Assembly: GCF_009914755.1 (NCBI RefSeq)
Contig: NC_060934.1
Source: the human T2T-CHM13v2.0 reference genome, Homo sapiens
Strand: one strand, 5' to 3'
Length of the DNA stretch: 64,000 bases
This document shows positions 49,246-63,818 of the stretch, one piece after another. The position numbers and the translations under genes are program-made. Below the pieces are notes generated by a model. The model was not told the DNA's origin and ran no database searches. It worked only from the letters and a program-made list of their open reading frames with translations. Position 1 is the stretch's first letter. Each line of letters starts with the position of its first letter.

Positions 49246-50259
49246 TCAGTGGGGGTGGAGGGTAGAAGGAGAGAAGGAGGGAGAGGGAACAGGGAGGGGA
49301 TGGAGAGAACTGAAAGAAACTGCACTTGAAGCATCTGAAAAGAAATCTTGACTTACATTTTGTTTGGGGAGTGATTTGTTCCACTCAACTTGACCAGGGA
49401 ATGCCAGTGATTCTGAGAGTTTTCAAGCCATGTGTCACTTAGTTTTCCATTTCAGCAGTAACCTTGCCCTCTCCTCTGTTTCTATGTTTTTCAAGCACAA
49501 TTTATTATTCCAGTCAGGAAGCTTTCTCAGAAATGTGGCTCTGAAAGGCAGGGAGAAGTACTTGCCATGACTCAATGTCAAAGCGACTTTTCCTTCTTTT
49601 ACTTTTGCTTTTGTTAGATCTTCAGTTACTAGGTTCTGTGTGTACCATATAACAAGCCGTGCAGTGTAGGGGTGGGTTTCTAAGTTAATCGTCTCCCCAT
49701 CAGTCTCCTAATTGCCAGTGGAGGTGGATTTAAGTTACATTTTAAAGATAGAAAGGGCAGAATTTGCTAATAGATTAGATTAAAAGATGAGGGAACAAGG
49801 ATAGCTCAGGTTGTTAGTTTGAACAACTGAGTCAAAGGAGTGCTATTCCTCTGAGATGAGAAGACAGCAGGGAAGGTTCAGCTTAGGGGAGGAGGGGAGA
49901 ATCTGGAGTTCCAGTGAGACCATGTGAAGTTTGTTAGGCATCCAATGAAAATGCTGAGCAAGCAGTTAGACAGCAATCTCTTCTGAAAAGAAGTCCATTC
50001 TGGAGATTAAATGCACACATAAAGGGGCAGCTGAAGCAATGATAATAGAGAGGAAAGGACAGGCATGCACATCTTGTGAATGATTTTAAGGACAATGGTT
50101 TTAGTATTTCAACATGTGTAGTGATTATGCTTGGTTTCTCACAAATAGTCTTTAGCTTGTACTAGGTTTTTCAGTTTATTTGATTTCAGGATTTTTATTT
50201 TTAGGATTAGCTATTTAAAAACCTTATTAAATGGCTTTTTGCAACTAGAAACATAATCA

Positions 50260-50697
<438 letters not shown>

Positions 50698-51008
50698 TCA
50701 GTACTCTCTTTGGAATTTATATGCATATATTCATAAGTAAAATTGGCTTATAGTTTCCTTTTTAATTTTTTTTTAAGATTTTGGCATTATGTTTGTACTA
50801 GCCTTATAAAATATATTCTATTACCCAGAAGAGCTTCCTTAACATAGAAATTATTTATTATTTAAAACTTAGGTATATCTCATGGGCAAAACCATCTAAG
50901 TCTTTTGCCTTTTTGAATGGTAATTTTTACTAATGTTTTCGATATCCTATGTTATTAGTCTTTTCAAATTTTCTGTATTCTTGGATAAAATTTAATAATG
51001 AATATTTT

Positions 51009-51741
51009 TCAAACCACCTTTGCAAAATTATAACTGAGAAAATTATGACACTGAAAGAAATCAGACCTAACCAACTCCACATTGTTTCTAACCTCTAATT
51101 TGTCCTTATTCATTCCTGGGCATAGGCCAGACTAACTCTGGAAAGGAATTTAGTTAATGGTTTGACTCTGAAACAAAATTGATAACAGCCCTTTCCAGAA
51201 AAGACCCACTTCTTTCCCGGGGACCAGTCTGCCTTTGCAGGACTAACAAATTAGCTACAACATTAGAAATTACAGTTTAGGTCATGCAACCTCTGGCTCC
51301 AAGAGTCTAAACCTCCCCAAATTTTTCCTGAGGGATAACATCACTATTGTAAAATCCAAGATCATTGCTTGAGATATTTTGCAGACCCTGCACTGGATGG
51401 ATCAGCTGACACCACCCAGACCAGTAATCTGGCTCAACCAGTTCTGTCATTGCACCCAGAAACAGAAGACATTAAGAAAACTTCACTTCAACCCCCTATG
51501 ATTCCATCTCCAAACTGACCAGTTAGCACTCCCCACTTCCCAAGCCCCCACCCGCCAAATTATCTTTAAAAACTCTGATCCCTGAATGCTCGGGAAGACT
51601 GATTTGAGTAATAATAAAACTCTGGTCTCCCGCACAGCCGGCTCTGTGTGAATTACTCTTTCTGCATTGCAATTCCTCTGTCTTGATAAATCAGCTCTGT
51701 CTAGGCAGCAGGCAAGGTGAACCCATTGGTTCACTGATTAC
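51009..51741 (+). mobile_element. LTR8/LTR8A-type ERV1 solo LTR
   Basis: AAACCACCTTTGCAAAATTATAACTGAG...GCAAGGTGAACCCATTGG. Confidence 0.8.
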
Positions 51742-54719
51742 ATTTTGATAGAAAATTGCTAATTTTCTGCACATTTTAAAATGTATTTCTTTGAAGCTAA
51801 TTGCAACATTCTTTTACACTTTAAAATATTGTTGTATACTTTGGATATAGTCCCTTGCTAATATCTACTACCCCGCACCCCCTCAACACACACACACATG
51901 CATGAACTCATACACACAGACACATACCAGGAGCTTTCCATCTTACCTGTCCTTTTGAAGACTAGCTTTTAGTTATATTGATCGTTTATATTATCTTTTT
52001 CTATTTCATAAACTTTAAGTCCTTCCTGTTTATTTTACAGTCTTGTTCTAGTTTCCTGTGTTGAATGAAAACAGGTGATTTATTTTCAATCTTTTTTGTT
52101 ATGAAGGTATCTAAGAACAATGTCTTTTCCTCTCAATATACTTTTAGCTGTATTCCATATGTTCTCCTTTCTGTGTACATACTTGTAATGTCTATCTTAT
52201 TTTCTCTTTGAATCAAGGTTTATTCAGAAGAGTGTTTCTTAATTTCCATGGGTTAGTTCTTTCTACCTTACAGATAATATGTTTTTGTCACAAAAATAAG
52301 CATCAAAGCTACGGACACTTATAGCAACAAGTACAAATGACAGTGTCCAGAGATCAACAAGGAAGCATTATGTATGGTCATTTGGGATCTAACTCCACTC
52401 TTTACCACCTATGATTTCCCAGAAAAATAGCCTCTCCGAGGCTGAGTTTCCTCATTTACAAGATGAAGCTAAGAGGAGTTGATAGTAACATTTGTGCTAC
52501 AACCCAAAAGAGTTATCATAAGGTTCAAGCAAGGAGATGGATATGGCGACACGTTGACAACAGTCGTTTTACCTCGCTGTGCCATGTGAATGTTTACATT
52601 TAAAACTAGGCCATTCAGATGTGCAGCAGAAAGTAAGTGATTTTAATTTCTGTGTCCTAGCAGAGAACAACAACCAGAGCTGATTTGTGGAGACAAGAAA
52701 GCACCCTGGGGTGTTCTAGAAATAATCAAAGAAGTTGATGCTGGAAAAGACAGGACTTGAGAAGGCAGGGGCTTAGAGCCAATAAAAGGTGAATATCAAT
52801 GTCAATATCAATTTATATTTCCAGGCCATTGACACTTGAGATATTTGGGTCACGGTCGTAACTGATGCAGCAGAGCATATTGATCCAGAGCTTGGGTGCT
52901 CAGAGTGGCAGAAAGCCTGGTAGCAGAAAGTCACACTACTTTATTATCTGTGTAACTGTGAAAAGTTGCCTACCATCTCTGGGCCATGTTTTTCTCGTAT
53001 GCAAAATGAGAACAACATGCATGTGGCATTTAGACTAGTGCTTGGCATAAATACTTAAATAAATGTTAATAATTACTAATATTAATTAACAAACCAGTCA
53101 TAACACTGCTTCTCTCAGATAGCCCTGTACCACAATAAAATATATATTTCAAAGTGTTCCATGAGTTACTTTTTTGTTGTTATTTGCTTTAATGAAAACT
53201 CACCAATAATCACAAACTTAAAACAAACCCATATAATTGGCTGCACTGCCATGTGCCTGTAGTCCCAGCTGCTTGGGAGATAGAGGCAGAAGGACTGCTT
53301 GAGACCAGAGGGCCACCTTGGGCAACATACTGAGAATCCATCGCTACAAACACAACCTCACAGTATTTAAAAGTGGAAAGGAGATAGGAAACATTAACAG
53401 CACAAATAAAAAAAAGAGAAAAATTATTTCCCCAGGCTTCAGAGACAAAATCTCATCCTGCTACTGAGATGTTCTTTTAAAAAGAGAAGACTGGTATGTA
53501 AAGATGCTAATCACATTACTCTTTCCAGCTCAGAGATCTGTGGGGTTCAGTTTTTCAGAAATCAGGACAGGGTAGTGGGTAGACCTCAGACTGGGAGGAG
53601 CACAACAAGGCTGGTAGGGACCACCTCAAAAGCACTGAAAGAAAAGGACCAGTTTATAATGCACTACTACGCTCCCCGCTTCAAGGATCCCCACTGCCCA
53701 TTGCCAGGAAGAAGGGGCAGCAGGCTGGGCTCCCGAGTCTGGGGGCTGGCTTGCTTCGGAGAGCCCTGCCATCCACCCATCAGCATCCCAAATCCCTGCA
53801 CCTTCAATGCCTTCTCTTCCTCCAACTTGGCCCAGACTCCATCAGTTCTGGGCTGGCAGGATCATATCATTTATTCCAATCATTTAGAAAGGCTCTGATG
53901 TGCCACCATTGGCCATGGGCAAGACAGAGCTGCACGCTTTGGAGTCAGGAAATTCTCCAAGTGCTGGCAGATCCCAACCACATAACTTTGAATCGGAATG
54001 CCATGTGCTCTCTTTCTTTTGCCCAGTTTTGAGTTTGTTCTCACTTACATGCTGTGTCTCCATACTCAGATATACAGTTGCCTTCACACACACACACACG
54101 CTCACACTCAAGCATGCACACAGTCACACAGACTCACTCATTTTGCACACTCGTGCACGCATCAGCATACTTATACACACTTAAATGCATGCCCACACTC
54201 ACAATCACACACACACACACAGAGGTGACCTCACAGCAGCAGAAGGTATATAGAGAAAGCTGCTTCTAGGATGCTGTGCTCCTATGAGGGGCATAGTAGG
54301 TTCTAACACCGAGGAAGTCCTTGTTTCTCTCTGGGCGCTAGGGGTGGGGAGAGAAGTCTGTGCTGTTGTTCTTAAGGTAGGAAAATACATAAATGGTCCG
54401 CCTTTGATCATATTATCTACACATCTCAAGGTACTGCTTTTAAACTGCTTCTTCTGACTTTTTAATCACAATTCTAACAACCATTATGTTAACATATTAC
54501 ATTAAAATTTTTTGTAAAGGTGTCACTTTTGGAAAAGCACTTAGGAGAGATAGTTTGTTCCCCCGCCCCCTCTTCTAGCACCCCAGACCTGCTGCTGGGC
54601 CTGTTAATAGCACCTGTTTCTGTTTGGGCAGGTGGCAGCAATTCTATTTTCCTTAGGATTTGCCAACATTCGGTGCTGGTTGTCAAGGCAGAGCCAGGAA
54701 GAGTAATTAATTTTATATC

Positions 54720-55212
54720 ATGATTTTCCTGGATAAATGACCACCACCAGTGTGTATCTTGCTTCTCCTCCCATCAAGAGGTGAAGTGTATGTCCCTTTT
54801 TCATGACCAGGGCTGGATAGAGAATTTCTTGACCTGCAGAAAGCACCAGAAGTGGCTCTGGTGCCAGTCCCAGGCCTAGAGCCTGGCAGGTTCTTCTTTT
54901 GTGCGCTTGGAGCTCTGTCCCCATGTAAGATGGGCCACTCTGCTGGAGAGAGCATGTGGAGAGGAAGAGACAGCTGGCCAGCTGCCGAGTGTTCCTGTCA
55001 TTACACAAAAGGTGCCAGGTAGGTGAGTATAGCCATTTTGCTCCTGCCCCAGCCAAGTTCCTGGTTTGTGCTGCCACCAGAGTGACCCCAGTCCACACCA
55101 CATGGAGCAGCAGTGAGCTGTCCCTACAGAACCCTGCCAGGTTGTAGAATCCTGTGCATTAAGGCTCTAAGTTTTGGAGTGGTTTGTTACACATCAATAG
55201 ATAACTGATACA
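54720..55212 (+). mobile_element. MLT1-type LTR
   Basis: CTCCCATCAAGAGGTGAAGT...TAGATAACTGATACA. Confidence 0.7.
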
Positions 55213-57078
55213 AAATGCCCACCGGAACTAATGAAGGTCTCCAGCTGAAGGATCAATGTGCACACTGACCTCTGTTCTATGACATACATTATTTTGATAC
55301 CTTGTATCTTAAGCCACTTATCAATGAGAATGTATATATATATATACATATCCTAAAAATCTCCCTACAAACCAGGTGTAATTATTTCTATTTTATAAGT
55401 GAAGAAACTGATGGTTAAAGACCAGCCGAAAGCCACAATCTAGAAATAGACTCAGCTACTGAATAATCCAGATCTATGCAATTCCACAGCTTATGGTTCC
55501 TTCTGGTGCATCCTACTGTCCTTAATTATGATGATTCTTTTGGGACTCTGCCACCTAATAACCTTATACATTTCTAATGCATGCATAAAGTGAGTCATAC
55601 TGGACAAAAGAAATTGTCAAGTAAAAATCATGTTTCACACAATCGCTAGGAACCCTCTTTGTGTCCTCCAGCTTTGTTGCTACAGAGCATACAGTAGTGC
55701 CCTGATACTGCTTCCATCAAGAATGTCTGTAAACCTGATGTTTTATCAGTGATTATAATGTGTGTTTGGGTTTTTCTGGTTTGTTTCATTTTAGTGGAGG
55801 ACACCCTGGGTTTTAAGTTGAATGAAGTTCACCAAAACCGATTACGTCTTTCCCCCATCATTTCTCAGTGAAAATAAAAGAGAGCGGTCTTGCAGCAAAT
55901 TTTTCCAGGAAGAAAAAATAATTAGAATGAGAGTGGGAATGAGAATTAAATCATAGAAGATGAACCACTTTGCTTTATTCGAGATGAAAACAAAATGCTC
56001 CTTCAATAAACACTTGAAGGAAAAAACCCTCCTTATTTTGACCTTCAGCATCCCAGGGGAAGCTTCTCATGGCAAAAGCCCCAGCCCTTGAGCCTGGAAC
56101 CTTTGACTAGAAGTGTACCTGACCTGCACAGGGTTAGCAAATGTTCTAGGACAAAGAGCTGTTACTCTCTATTTCCAGAGCAGTTTGCCTGGTGTACACA
56201 TGTGGATGTTTGAATGGCCTCTCAACTGTGTGACTGGTGAGGGGTTTCCACACCAAGCCTTCTACCAACAGCTTGCTGGTGGAGAGGGGAAGAGAAGGGC
56301 AGGGGCTTTGCTGTCAGTCAGACCAACCTTGGCTGGAATCCTGTGTCTACCACTCACTGTGTTATCTTGGGGAAGATACTTAGCATCTCTAAGTTTCTAA
56401 TCTGTAAAATAAAAACAATCATACCCTTTAATTTTGGCTGTAAAATAGAGGAGCCCAATTCTTTGTCATTATCTCCCACATCAAAAATGGGCAGAAACAC
56501 ACACCTTAGTGTGTCCAATGTGGCTGACTGTATCCACTACAGAACAAAGGGAAGGGATGTGTGACAGAGACCAGTATCTATCTCATTTCTCTGTCTTCCT
56601 AGTAAAACAAAGAAAAAAAAAGCCCCAATTTTTTGATAAGCACATAGTTATCTAAAATAAAGACTAAATTTTCTAGCCACCATTGCTGCTGGCACATAGC
56701 AAAGCTCTGGACAACAAAATATAAGTGCAAGTATCATGTGAAATCTTTTGAAAGATTTTTAAAAGGAGAAGGCCTGCCCTTGTTAGTCTTTTCCTGATTT
56801 ATGCTGGCTGGAATATGGATGTGAAGGCTGGAGCCTAAGCAGCCATCTTGAGCTAAGGGCAGCATCTGCAGGGTGGCAGAGCAACATGGTTAGGAGCAGC
56901 CTGAGTTCCTGATGCTCGCAAAGGGGCCAAACCTCTTGGTTCCTTCAGTAAAAGAGAAACAAACTTTTTAAAAAAGTATTTTTAAACCACAATTAGCTTC
57001 AGTTTTTCTGTTACCCGCAACTGAACTTAACCATTACCAGTACTGGAAGTTAACATGCTTTGTGGTCAATTTGCTCAC

Positions 57079-57263
57079 AATATTTGTTTTCCAAGACGGT
57101 TTCTTCCTGATTTCTTAAAACTTGAATCTATTTGACATGCTGTCTGAAGCGTTGTTCATCTTCTTCAAGCAAGGTCACTGTTGGATTCTCATCCAGTGTG
57201 CTTGCTAAAGTCTGTGGTACTCACTGCTCCGAAAACACTCCAGGAATCCCAGTGGCTTCTGGA
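57079..57263 (-). pseudogene. Pseudo-exon PEATGIPGVFSEQ*VPQTLASTLDENPTVTLLEEDEQRFRQHVK*IQVLRNQEETVLENKY
   Basis: Strong acceptor ctttccctttaacttttcag, ATT|GTGAGC donor, 185 nt = 1+61 codons+1. Confidence 0.7.
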
Positions 57264-57913
57264 CTGAAAAGTTAAAGGGAAAGACATAGCTTTGAGAAAT
57301 TTGCCACATCAAACCACATTATGTTCATTAATAGTGAAAATACTGACATGTTTTAATGTTTACTATGTGCTGAGTACTTGGAGTATCTCATTTAATCATT
57401 CCAACAAACTTGTGACTTACTACTCTTGTCATTTCTGTACTGTGAATGGGAAAACCAAGGCTCTTAGCCACTTCAGCAACTGCCTTCTCAAAACAGCGTA
57501 CTGCTGGAATCAGCCATCAGCCAGGCCCTGAAAATACTATGGCTCTATTTCCCTGAATTCTCTGGTATCTAAATCTAAATCTGAAGACAGTGCAGGAAAA
57601 TTTCCCTCTTCTTTGTGCTGCTGTGTGAATGGGGACATGCCCTTTTGCAGCCCTGATTCCTGAGCCCCTGGTTCTGAACCTGAGACAAAATAGGCCCTCA
57701 CTAAAAACAAGGTCTTTTTTCTAGTAGTCTCTTATGAGTAACTATCTCCTATCTTACACATAATCTCCCAAGCTGGAGGCACGATTTGGATTAACGTCTG
57801 CTCACACTTGATTTATGATATTTCATTTCAAACCCCATTAATCTATCTAGCATTGATAAAGCTTCTGAACTTTGTGTTGCTTCCTGAGATTACTTTGAAT
57901 CATGCATTCATAC

Positions 57914-58097
57914 CCTTGATCATTTTTTAAAAACCTGACTGCAGGCTCAGGGATAAATTCCATGCTGTTCTGTAAATTTATCACCAACTTAATTTGGAAT
58001 TTGTACTTGTCTCCACTTGAGTTACCTGACCTTCAGTCAGATCCGAAAGTCCAAATCCCAACTCAGATTCTATTCTTTGAATCCCATAAAAAAATTT
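57914..58097 (-). pseudogene. Pseudo-exon KFFYGIQRIESELG.../SGDKYKFQIKLVINLQNSMEFIPEPAVRFLKNDQG (one inferred frameshift)
   Basis: catcag acceptor, AGG|GTATGA donor; two overlapping open frames differing by 1 nt. Confidence 0.6.
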
Positions 58098-58264
58098 CTG
58101 ATGCATAAAAATATCAGATAAAATAAATATTTGGCCTTTTCCATTACAGTCTAAGAAGATTTAATGCCAGATAAAATTGACAAATGTAGACTTTCATCCC
58201 AAAGTAAAATAAAATACCCTGAAATACAGACCCTCTCTCAAAACAGTACTGGTAAATAAAACAC

Positions 58265-58547
58265 CTGGAGTGAGAGTGTTCCTCTTATACTGAAACCAGA
58301 GTACAAATTGAATATGTTGATGGTGCCTTAAGTACTTAATGGGTCAAGATTCCTGAACATTCACAGCTGAGGAGTTAACATTTTGATGGATGAGCTGAAC
58401 TCCCTTGGGGAAGGCTCGGTGTTGGAGAAGGCTCTGTGTTGGTTGGGTTTGCCATCCCTTGGTAGCAGCAGTCACAGGTGTATTCCACTGCAGTGAAATA
58501 TGCCCAGCAAGCTCGGGACAGTGCAGCTGCAATGGTTTGCAATTACC
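58265..58547 (-). pseudogene. Pseudo-exon VIANHCSCTVPSLLGIFHCSG...GTINIFNLYSGFSIRGTLSLQ
   Basis: tttttcaag acceptor, CAG|GTGTTT donor, 283 nt = 1+94 codons, 3 stops. Confidence 0.65.
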
Positions 58548-58617
58548 CTTGAAAAATAAGCAATCTTGAGCCTTGTGTTGGTTGTCCAGAAGTATTAAAA
58601 ACTGTGTTCTGCCTTAC

Positions 58618-58784
58618 TCTTTTAAAGCTGCCACTCTCACAGTCATTTTGAAAGGGAATGTGTGGGCTGCTCCGAATGTCTCTCTGTTTACCAGCCCAAG
58701 ATTAGCAAAGGGATCTCCAGAGTCCACAAAGTAATACTGTGGGTAACCCAGAGCCATTAATGCTCACATTCTTTCCTTGAGACC
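58618..58784 (-). pseudogene. Pseudo-exon GLKERM*ALMALGYPQYYFVDSGDPFANLGLVNRETFGAAHTFPFKMTVRVAALKE
   Basis: tttcccaag acceptor, AGA|GTAAGG donor, 1 TGA in 55 codons; phase 2 joins the next exon across a 70-nt intron. Confidence 0.7.
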
Positions 58785-59085
58785 CTTGGGAAATGCATTC
58801 ATTAATTCACCAAAAATGAATTGAGCCTTCCCTATGTGCCAGGCACTGTTCTAGCTGCAGTCTATAAACCAGACCAAACCCTTGCATTCCTAAAGCTTAC
58901 ATTCTAGGGCAGGAACACAGACAATAAGGAACATAGATCAATATATACTGTGTGTGATAAGTACCTACTGCAGATGCTGTGGGTGCTGCAACCATATCCC
59001 TAGGGCACCCACCATCCAGGACAAACTGAGTGCTTTCTCTGGCTGTGGCAGGCTAGGTCTCAGTAACTCAAGCCTCCATAACAAC

Positions 59086-59680
59086 TGTTTCAGTACTGAG
59101 TGGTTAAGTTGAATATTAAAAGCCAGTGCCCTTATACAAAGGCTGGGATGTAACAAAAGCCCACCAAGAGTTTTGCCTAGGCCTTTCCTGGGACTTAATG
59201 CAGGAAAAAATAACAAAGGAATTCTTAACAGGACCATCTAGGATTACGTTTTATTGTGGGTCTGAATAAACTCCCCAGGCCTCCACAAACAAGGTTATTG
59301 AGGACCTGAAGGAACTCCCTAAACCTCCGTGATTTAGCAGGAGACGAGATAAGGGTAATCACCCCAGCACCTGATCCCATTTAGATTAAGTAAATTTACA
59401 GAAGCTCCAGAGGAAATTCTTCAGGACTCAGACCTTAGCTATAGATTAAAATAAGTTAATCACTAATGTCTTTAGATGAATGCACATTTACATTTAGACA
59501 TATAGCTTAGAAGATATATAAACTCTGAAAAACTGTAATTTTGAGTTGGTCTGGCAATAATTTCCAGGCCTTCTCCCCGTACCTGGTTGCAGAAATAAAA
59601 ACTCTTCCTCCCCAGTTCATCTACATCTCATTATTGGGCCATGAGAAATAGCAGCCCAACCCTCAGTTTGGTCCAGGAAC
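59086..59680 (+). mobile_element. ERV solo LTR (family not assigned)
   Basis: TG start, TATATAA, AATAAA, ends CCTCAGTTTGGTCCAGGAAC. Confidence 0.65.
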
Positions 59681-60660
59681 TTGGCCATGAGAGTATAACA
59701 GGCCATTGCAGAGCAGGGCCAGAGTGCTAATGAATTCATGCCCTAGAAGAGACCCTCAGTCAGGGAGGAACAGAAGTTGGTATATTTGCCTCTCACCTCC
59801 AAATCCACCTTCATTGGCCTCCTGGAAAGGGAGGACATTTCCCCCTTCTCAGCTGGCAAAATGCTAGATTTTGTCAGTAGAGGGCACTGAGAACCCCTAA
59901 AGAGGAGTAGGCATCTCCTCCTGGTTCCAACCTATCTTCTCTGCTTGCGTATCTGGGCAGGAGCTAGCAGGCAGGGGCACCAGGGATACCCACACTACCA
60001 CATCGACCCTGTGAATTTCAGTAGCACCAATCTCACGAGTAGCTCCTTAGTAGATTCTGCAACAAGATGCAATCCTGGGAACATCTTGCCCCAGCACCCT
60101 AGAGGGCTCGAGTCTTAGTGAGTCCCACAGGAGAAACACCTTAAAAAGCTTCTCTTCAACTCAGTGGGCCATGACCCACGGCGCTCTTCAATTAGATCTG
60201 GATTTCTGCTCTAAAGAAGGACCTCTTCAAGATTTGTTCCTTCTTTGATATTCTGCCACCATCTTAGAAGCAATGGCTGAGCTGTTTCCCTTATCCGTTG
60301 TTTCTGCATTCTTCATAGTTTTCTCTCTCCTAGTGGGTAATGTCCTCATGTGCCAAAAGATACCTGGGATTTGTTTTAGTCAAGCATGATAAGACATGCA
60401 GACATGAAAATGATTGTCATGAAGGAAGAAGTTTATATTCATATATCCCTACAAACAGGAGGCACAGCATGACACCAAGGAAAGCACCAGGATTGGCAGA
60501 GGGGAGAGAAGAGAGCCCTCTATTAAGATTTTCACAGGAAGGAATGGGTAAGGCAGAATAGGTATGCTGAATAAGCTTAGGATTGGGTAGTTTGAAAATT
60601 TCAAAGTGCTTTGCTATTTACGGGTGGTCCCTGGTTGTCCAAAACCTCTCTCTAGGGTGA

Positions 60661-60971
<311 letters not shown>

Positions 60972-61337
60972 TGATTTTTATGCCATAGGTAATATTGGCT
61001 TGATTGATTGATAAAGGAGATGGTTGGCAATGCAGCTCTGGATTGGTGGTTTGTATATCAATGATATGCTCACAGAGGAGTCATTGGCCATCTCTAGGAA
61101 TTAGCTAGCCCTGGGAGGGGCAGTCTTTCCAGGATCAAGGCTACAAGTGCTGGAGCATGAAGAATACAGAAAATAAGAAAATACAGTCAATCAACTTGAT
61201 ATAAATAATATAAAGTTAATAATTCTTTATATTAAATTTTCCCTGTTCAAATTACTCTCTGGATTCTGTCTCCTGACTGGTTTGTGATATATAATGTTGT
61301 CTTTAATATGTACTTATAAGTATGTGTAATCACTTAC

Positions 61338-61549
61338 ATATAAGTGATTATTTCCTTCTTTAATTCCAATCTCAAAATATTAGGGGCATACCCCGCAAGC
61401 ATCCCAAACTTCTCTAGATTATCTTTAAGAATCTGAAAATATGTATCCAGAAGCCAGAAAATGATCACATCTTTTTTCTGACAATCTACTTTTAAGAATC
61501 TATAATCTGAAATAATCTGGAGATTGAACAATACTTGGGGCAAGAGATG
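61338..61549 (-). pseudogene. Pseudo-exon HLLPQVLFNLQIISDYRFLKVDCQKKDVIIFWLLDTYFQILKDNLEKFGMLAGYAPNILRLELKKEIITY
   Basis: 70 open codons (ORF 61334-61543), atcag acceptor, TAT|GTAAGT donor. Phase does not match the next exon found, so a frameshift or missing exon is needed. Confidence 0.7.
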
Positions 61550-61619
61550 CTGATCACAGAATTATTTATCTTAGCTTCTCACCCTTCTTTCATAAAACCT
61601 TTGTTTTCTTCATTCACTT

Positions 61620-61755
61620 ATTTGAGATGGGGTCTTGCTATGTTGCCCAGGCTGGACTTGAACTCCTAGGCTCAAGTGATTCTCCTGCCCCAGTCTCCTG
61701 AGTAGCTGAGACTGAAGGTACATGCCACCATGTCCAGCTATTTGTATTTTTTATT
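61620..61755 (-). mobile_element. Monomeric Alu (FLAM/FAM)
   Basis: Antisense monomer. Confidence 0.75.
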
Positions 61756-62294
61756 ACATGTCTATTCTCCTTTCGTATTTCTAATCCCAACTGAAATGTG
61801 AGCTCAATCAATGAGGCAGAGACCATTTCTGTCCTGTTTGTCATTGATCTCCATGAGACTGGAAAGGTCACCAAGAATGAGGAGCCAGGATAGAAGGAAG
61901 GGAAGAGGATGGAGAGAAAACCTGTGGGGAGTGTGAAAGTGAGCCTCTGCTACCTCCACCCCACACACTCATTAGAGGAGACAGTGTGACTAGAGGGAGT
62001 TGTGCTGAGCAGAAGCCCCCACAGGTGCATCTGGTACCCACAAGGCATGAGCAGAAGAGAAAGACAGTTGACAGGTGCAGCTGGCTAGGAAGGGCAAAGA
62101 CATGCCCAGACCCATGCATGGGTCCAGCAAAGTGAATTACCCTGGAAAAGATCCAAAGCAAAAAAACTTCTCCCAGAGGTGTGAGGGAGTGTGCACATGT
62201 GTGTGTCCGTGAACACTCACTGGAGGTGTGATTGTATATGTGTATACACTGATTGGAGGTAGGCTGGGAAGCAATTGCACCCGTACATGATCAC

Positions 62295-62523
62295 CTGCTC
62301 CAGAAGATTAGACTGGGCAACACAGACCACCTGAGTCACAAGGCAGGCAGGACTAAGTGGTGCCACCTGCAGCAGACAGGACTGAATAAGGGAGTGTAGA
62401 TATCCCTCTCAGAGCAACACTGGAGGCCACGAGGAAGCCCGCTCCCCACTCCTCTGACCTGCAGTCCATCACTGAAGGGGACTCTGCTGGGTGAGGGCGG
62501 CAGCATGAGGGCCACAGCTGGTC
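62295..62523 (-). pseudogene. Candidate pseudo-exon (...SPACLVTQVVCVAQSNLLEQ)
   Basis: tgcag acceptor, CAG|GTGATC donor, 229 nt, 2 TGA in 76 codons; phase-0 end fits the next exon. Confidence 0.4.
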
Positions 62524-63818
62524 CTGCACGGAGACTGAGAAGAGAATCTTGAAGTCACCTGGGAAACTGCTGGCTCAGGCTTACTGTTTGTGAAGGGTCA
62601 AGATTAAGTTTCCCCCCACTTCACAGAAATGAGGGCTGGAAATGAAAAACTCATTTACACTTTGAAATTAACAGGGGGTTCCATGGTGCTCTCCAGTGTT
62701 GTGTAGTGTTACAACTGCTCAATTTGCACGTGTTACATGTGTCCTTTGATAAGTGTTTCCCAAACTACCGTTGTGTGTGATATTAGGCATCACTGTTATA
62801 ATTTTTTCCAAATCTCAGTGCCACTTATACCATTATTTATTTAATATTTTTCTTTACCTCAACTTGCGTTTTTACTTAGCTCCATTCTAAGCAATAAAAT
62901 GTCATGGGTTTGCTGTGCTCATTATACTTTTATCATATATTACATTTAAATAAATACCTACTTACACCTGTTAAAATAAAAGGTATGATCTTTATACTAC
63001 TTAATATCATCTCACATACCATTGATAAGTGCCACATATTTTGGGAAACATGGTACTACATAGTGTGTGAGGCCCCTCATTTTATCCGAACCATGTGAAT
63101 GATCAGCAGCATTCTACAGTAAGTGTCAGAAAGGCTAAGAAAGATTCTGTGAGCTGTTGGCATTTTTCTGATGGAGAGGAAGTTACTATGCCCTGTTTTA
63201 AGACTTTCTCTTCAAAAAATGTTCATCACTGAAGACATTTGGAAATATCAAGAACTTAAAAGGGAGCAGCTAGCTACTTCCATTTCCTTTCTAGGATTTC
63301 AGCATCCCAAGTGAGGTCAGCTTGGACAGAATAAGACCCATAATCTTTGGTGTTATCAAAAAAGATAAAGGGAAGAGAATAATTAAAGCAATTACAATAT
63401 GTAAACAATTTAGAAAGAGCCCACTGCTGCATTTAGTGTGGTGGAAGCAATACTGAAACAGAAAAACAAGAGGCCCTCCATCCCCATCTTGCCTCTGCCT
63501 CTTATTGGCTATCCTGGAGACCTTCAGGTAAACCTCTCCCTCCGGGTGGAACTCAGATTTTTCTTCTATGGTGAGGGGGTTGGATTACATCAACACTTCT
63601 TAAGCTAACATTATTGGATAGGCATCATTACCTACCAGTGCCCTAACAAGAAATAAATATGCAGTAGCAATCAATTTTTCTAAATTCTCTTACTCTCCTG
63701 GAAAAAAATTGCAACCACTGAATAAAGTAGTCTCTAAGGCATATTCAGAAGCCAACATTCCATCCAAGGTTTCATGAGGTCATCTCAGTGAGGAATTTTG
63801 GGGAAAGCAGTGAGGTCA

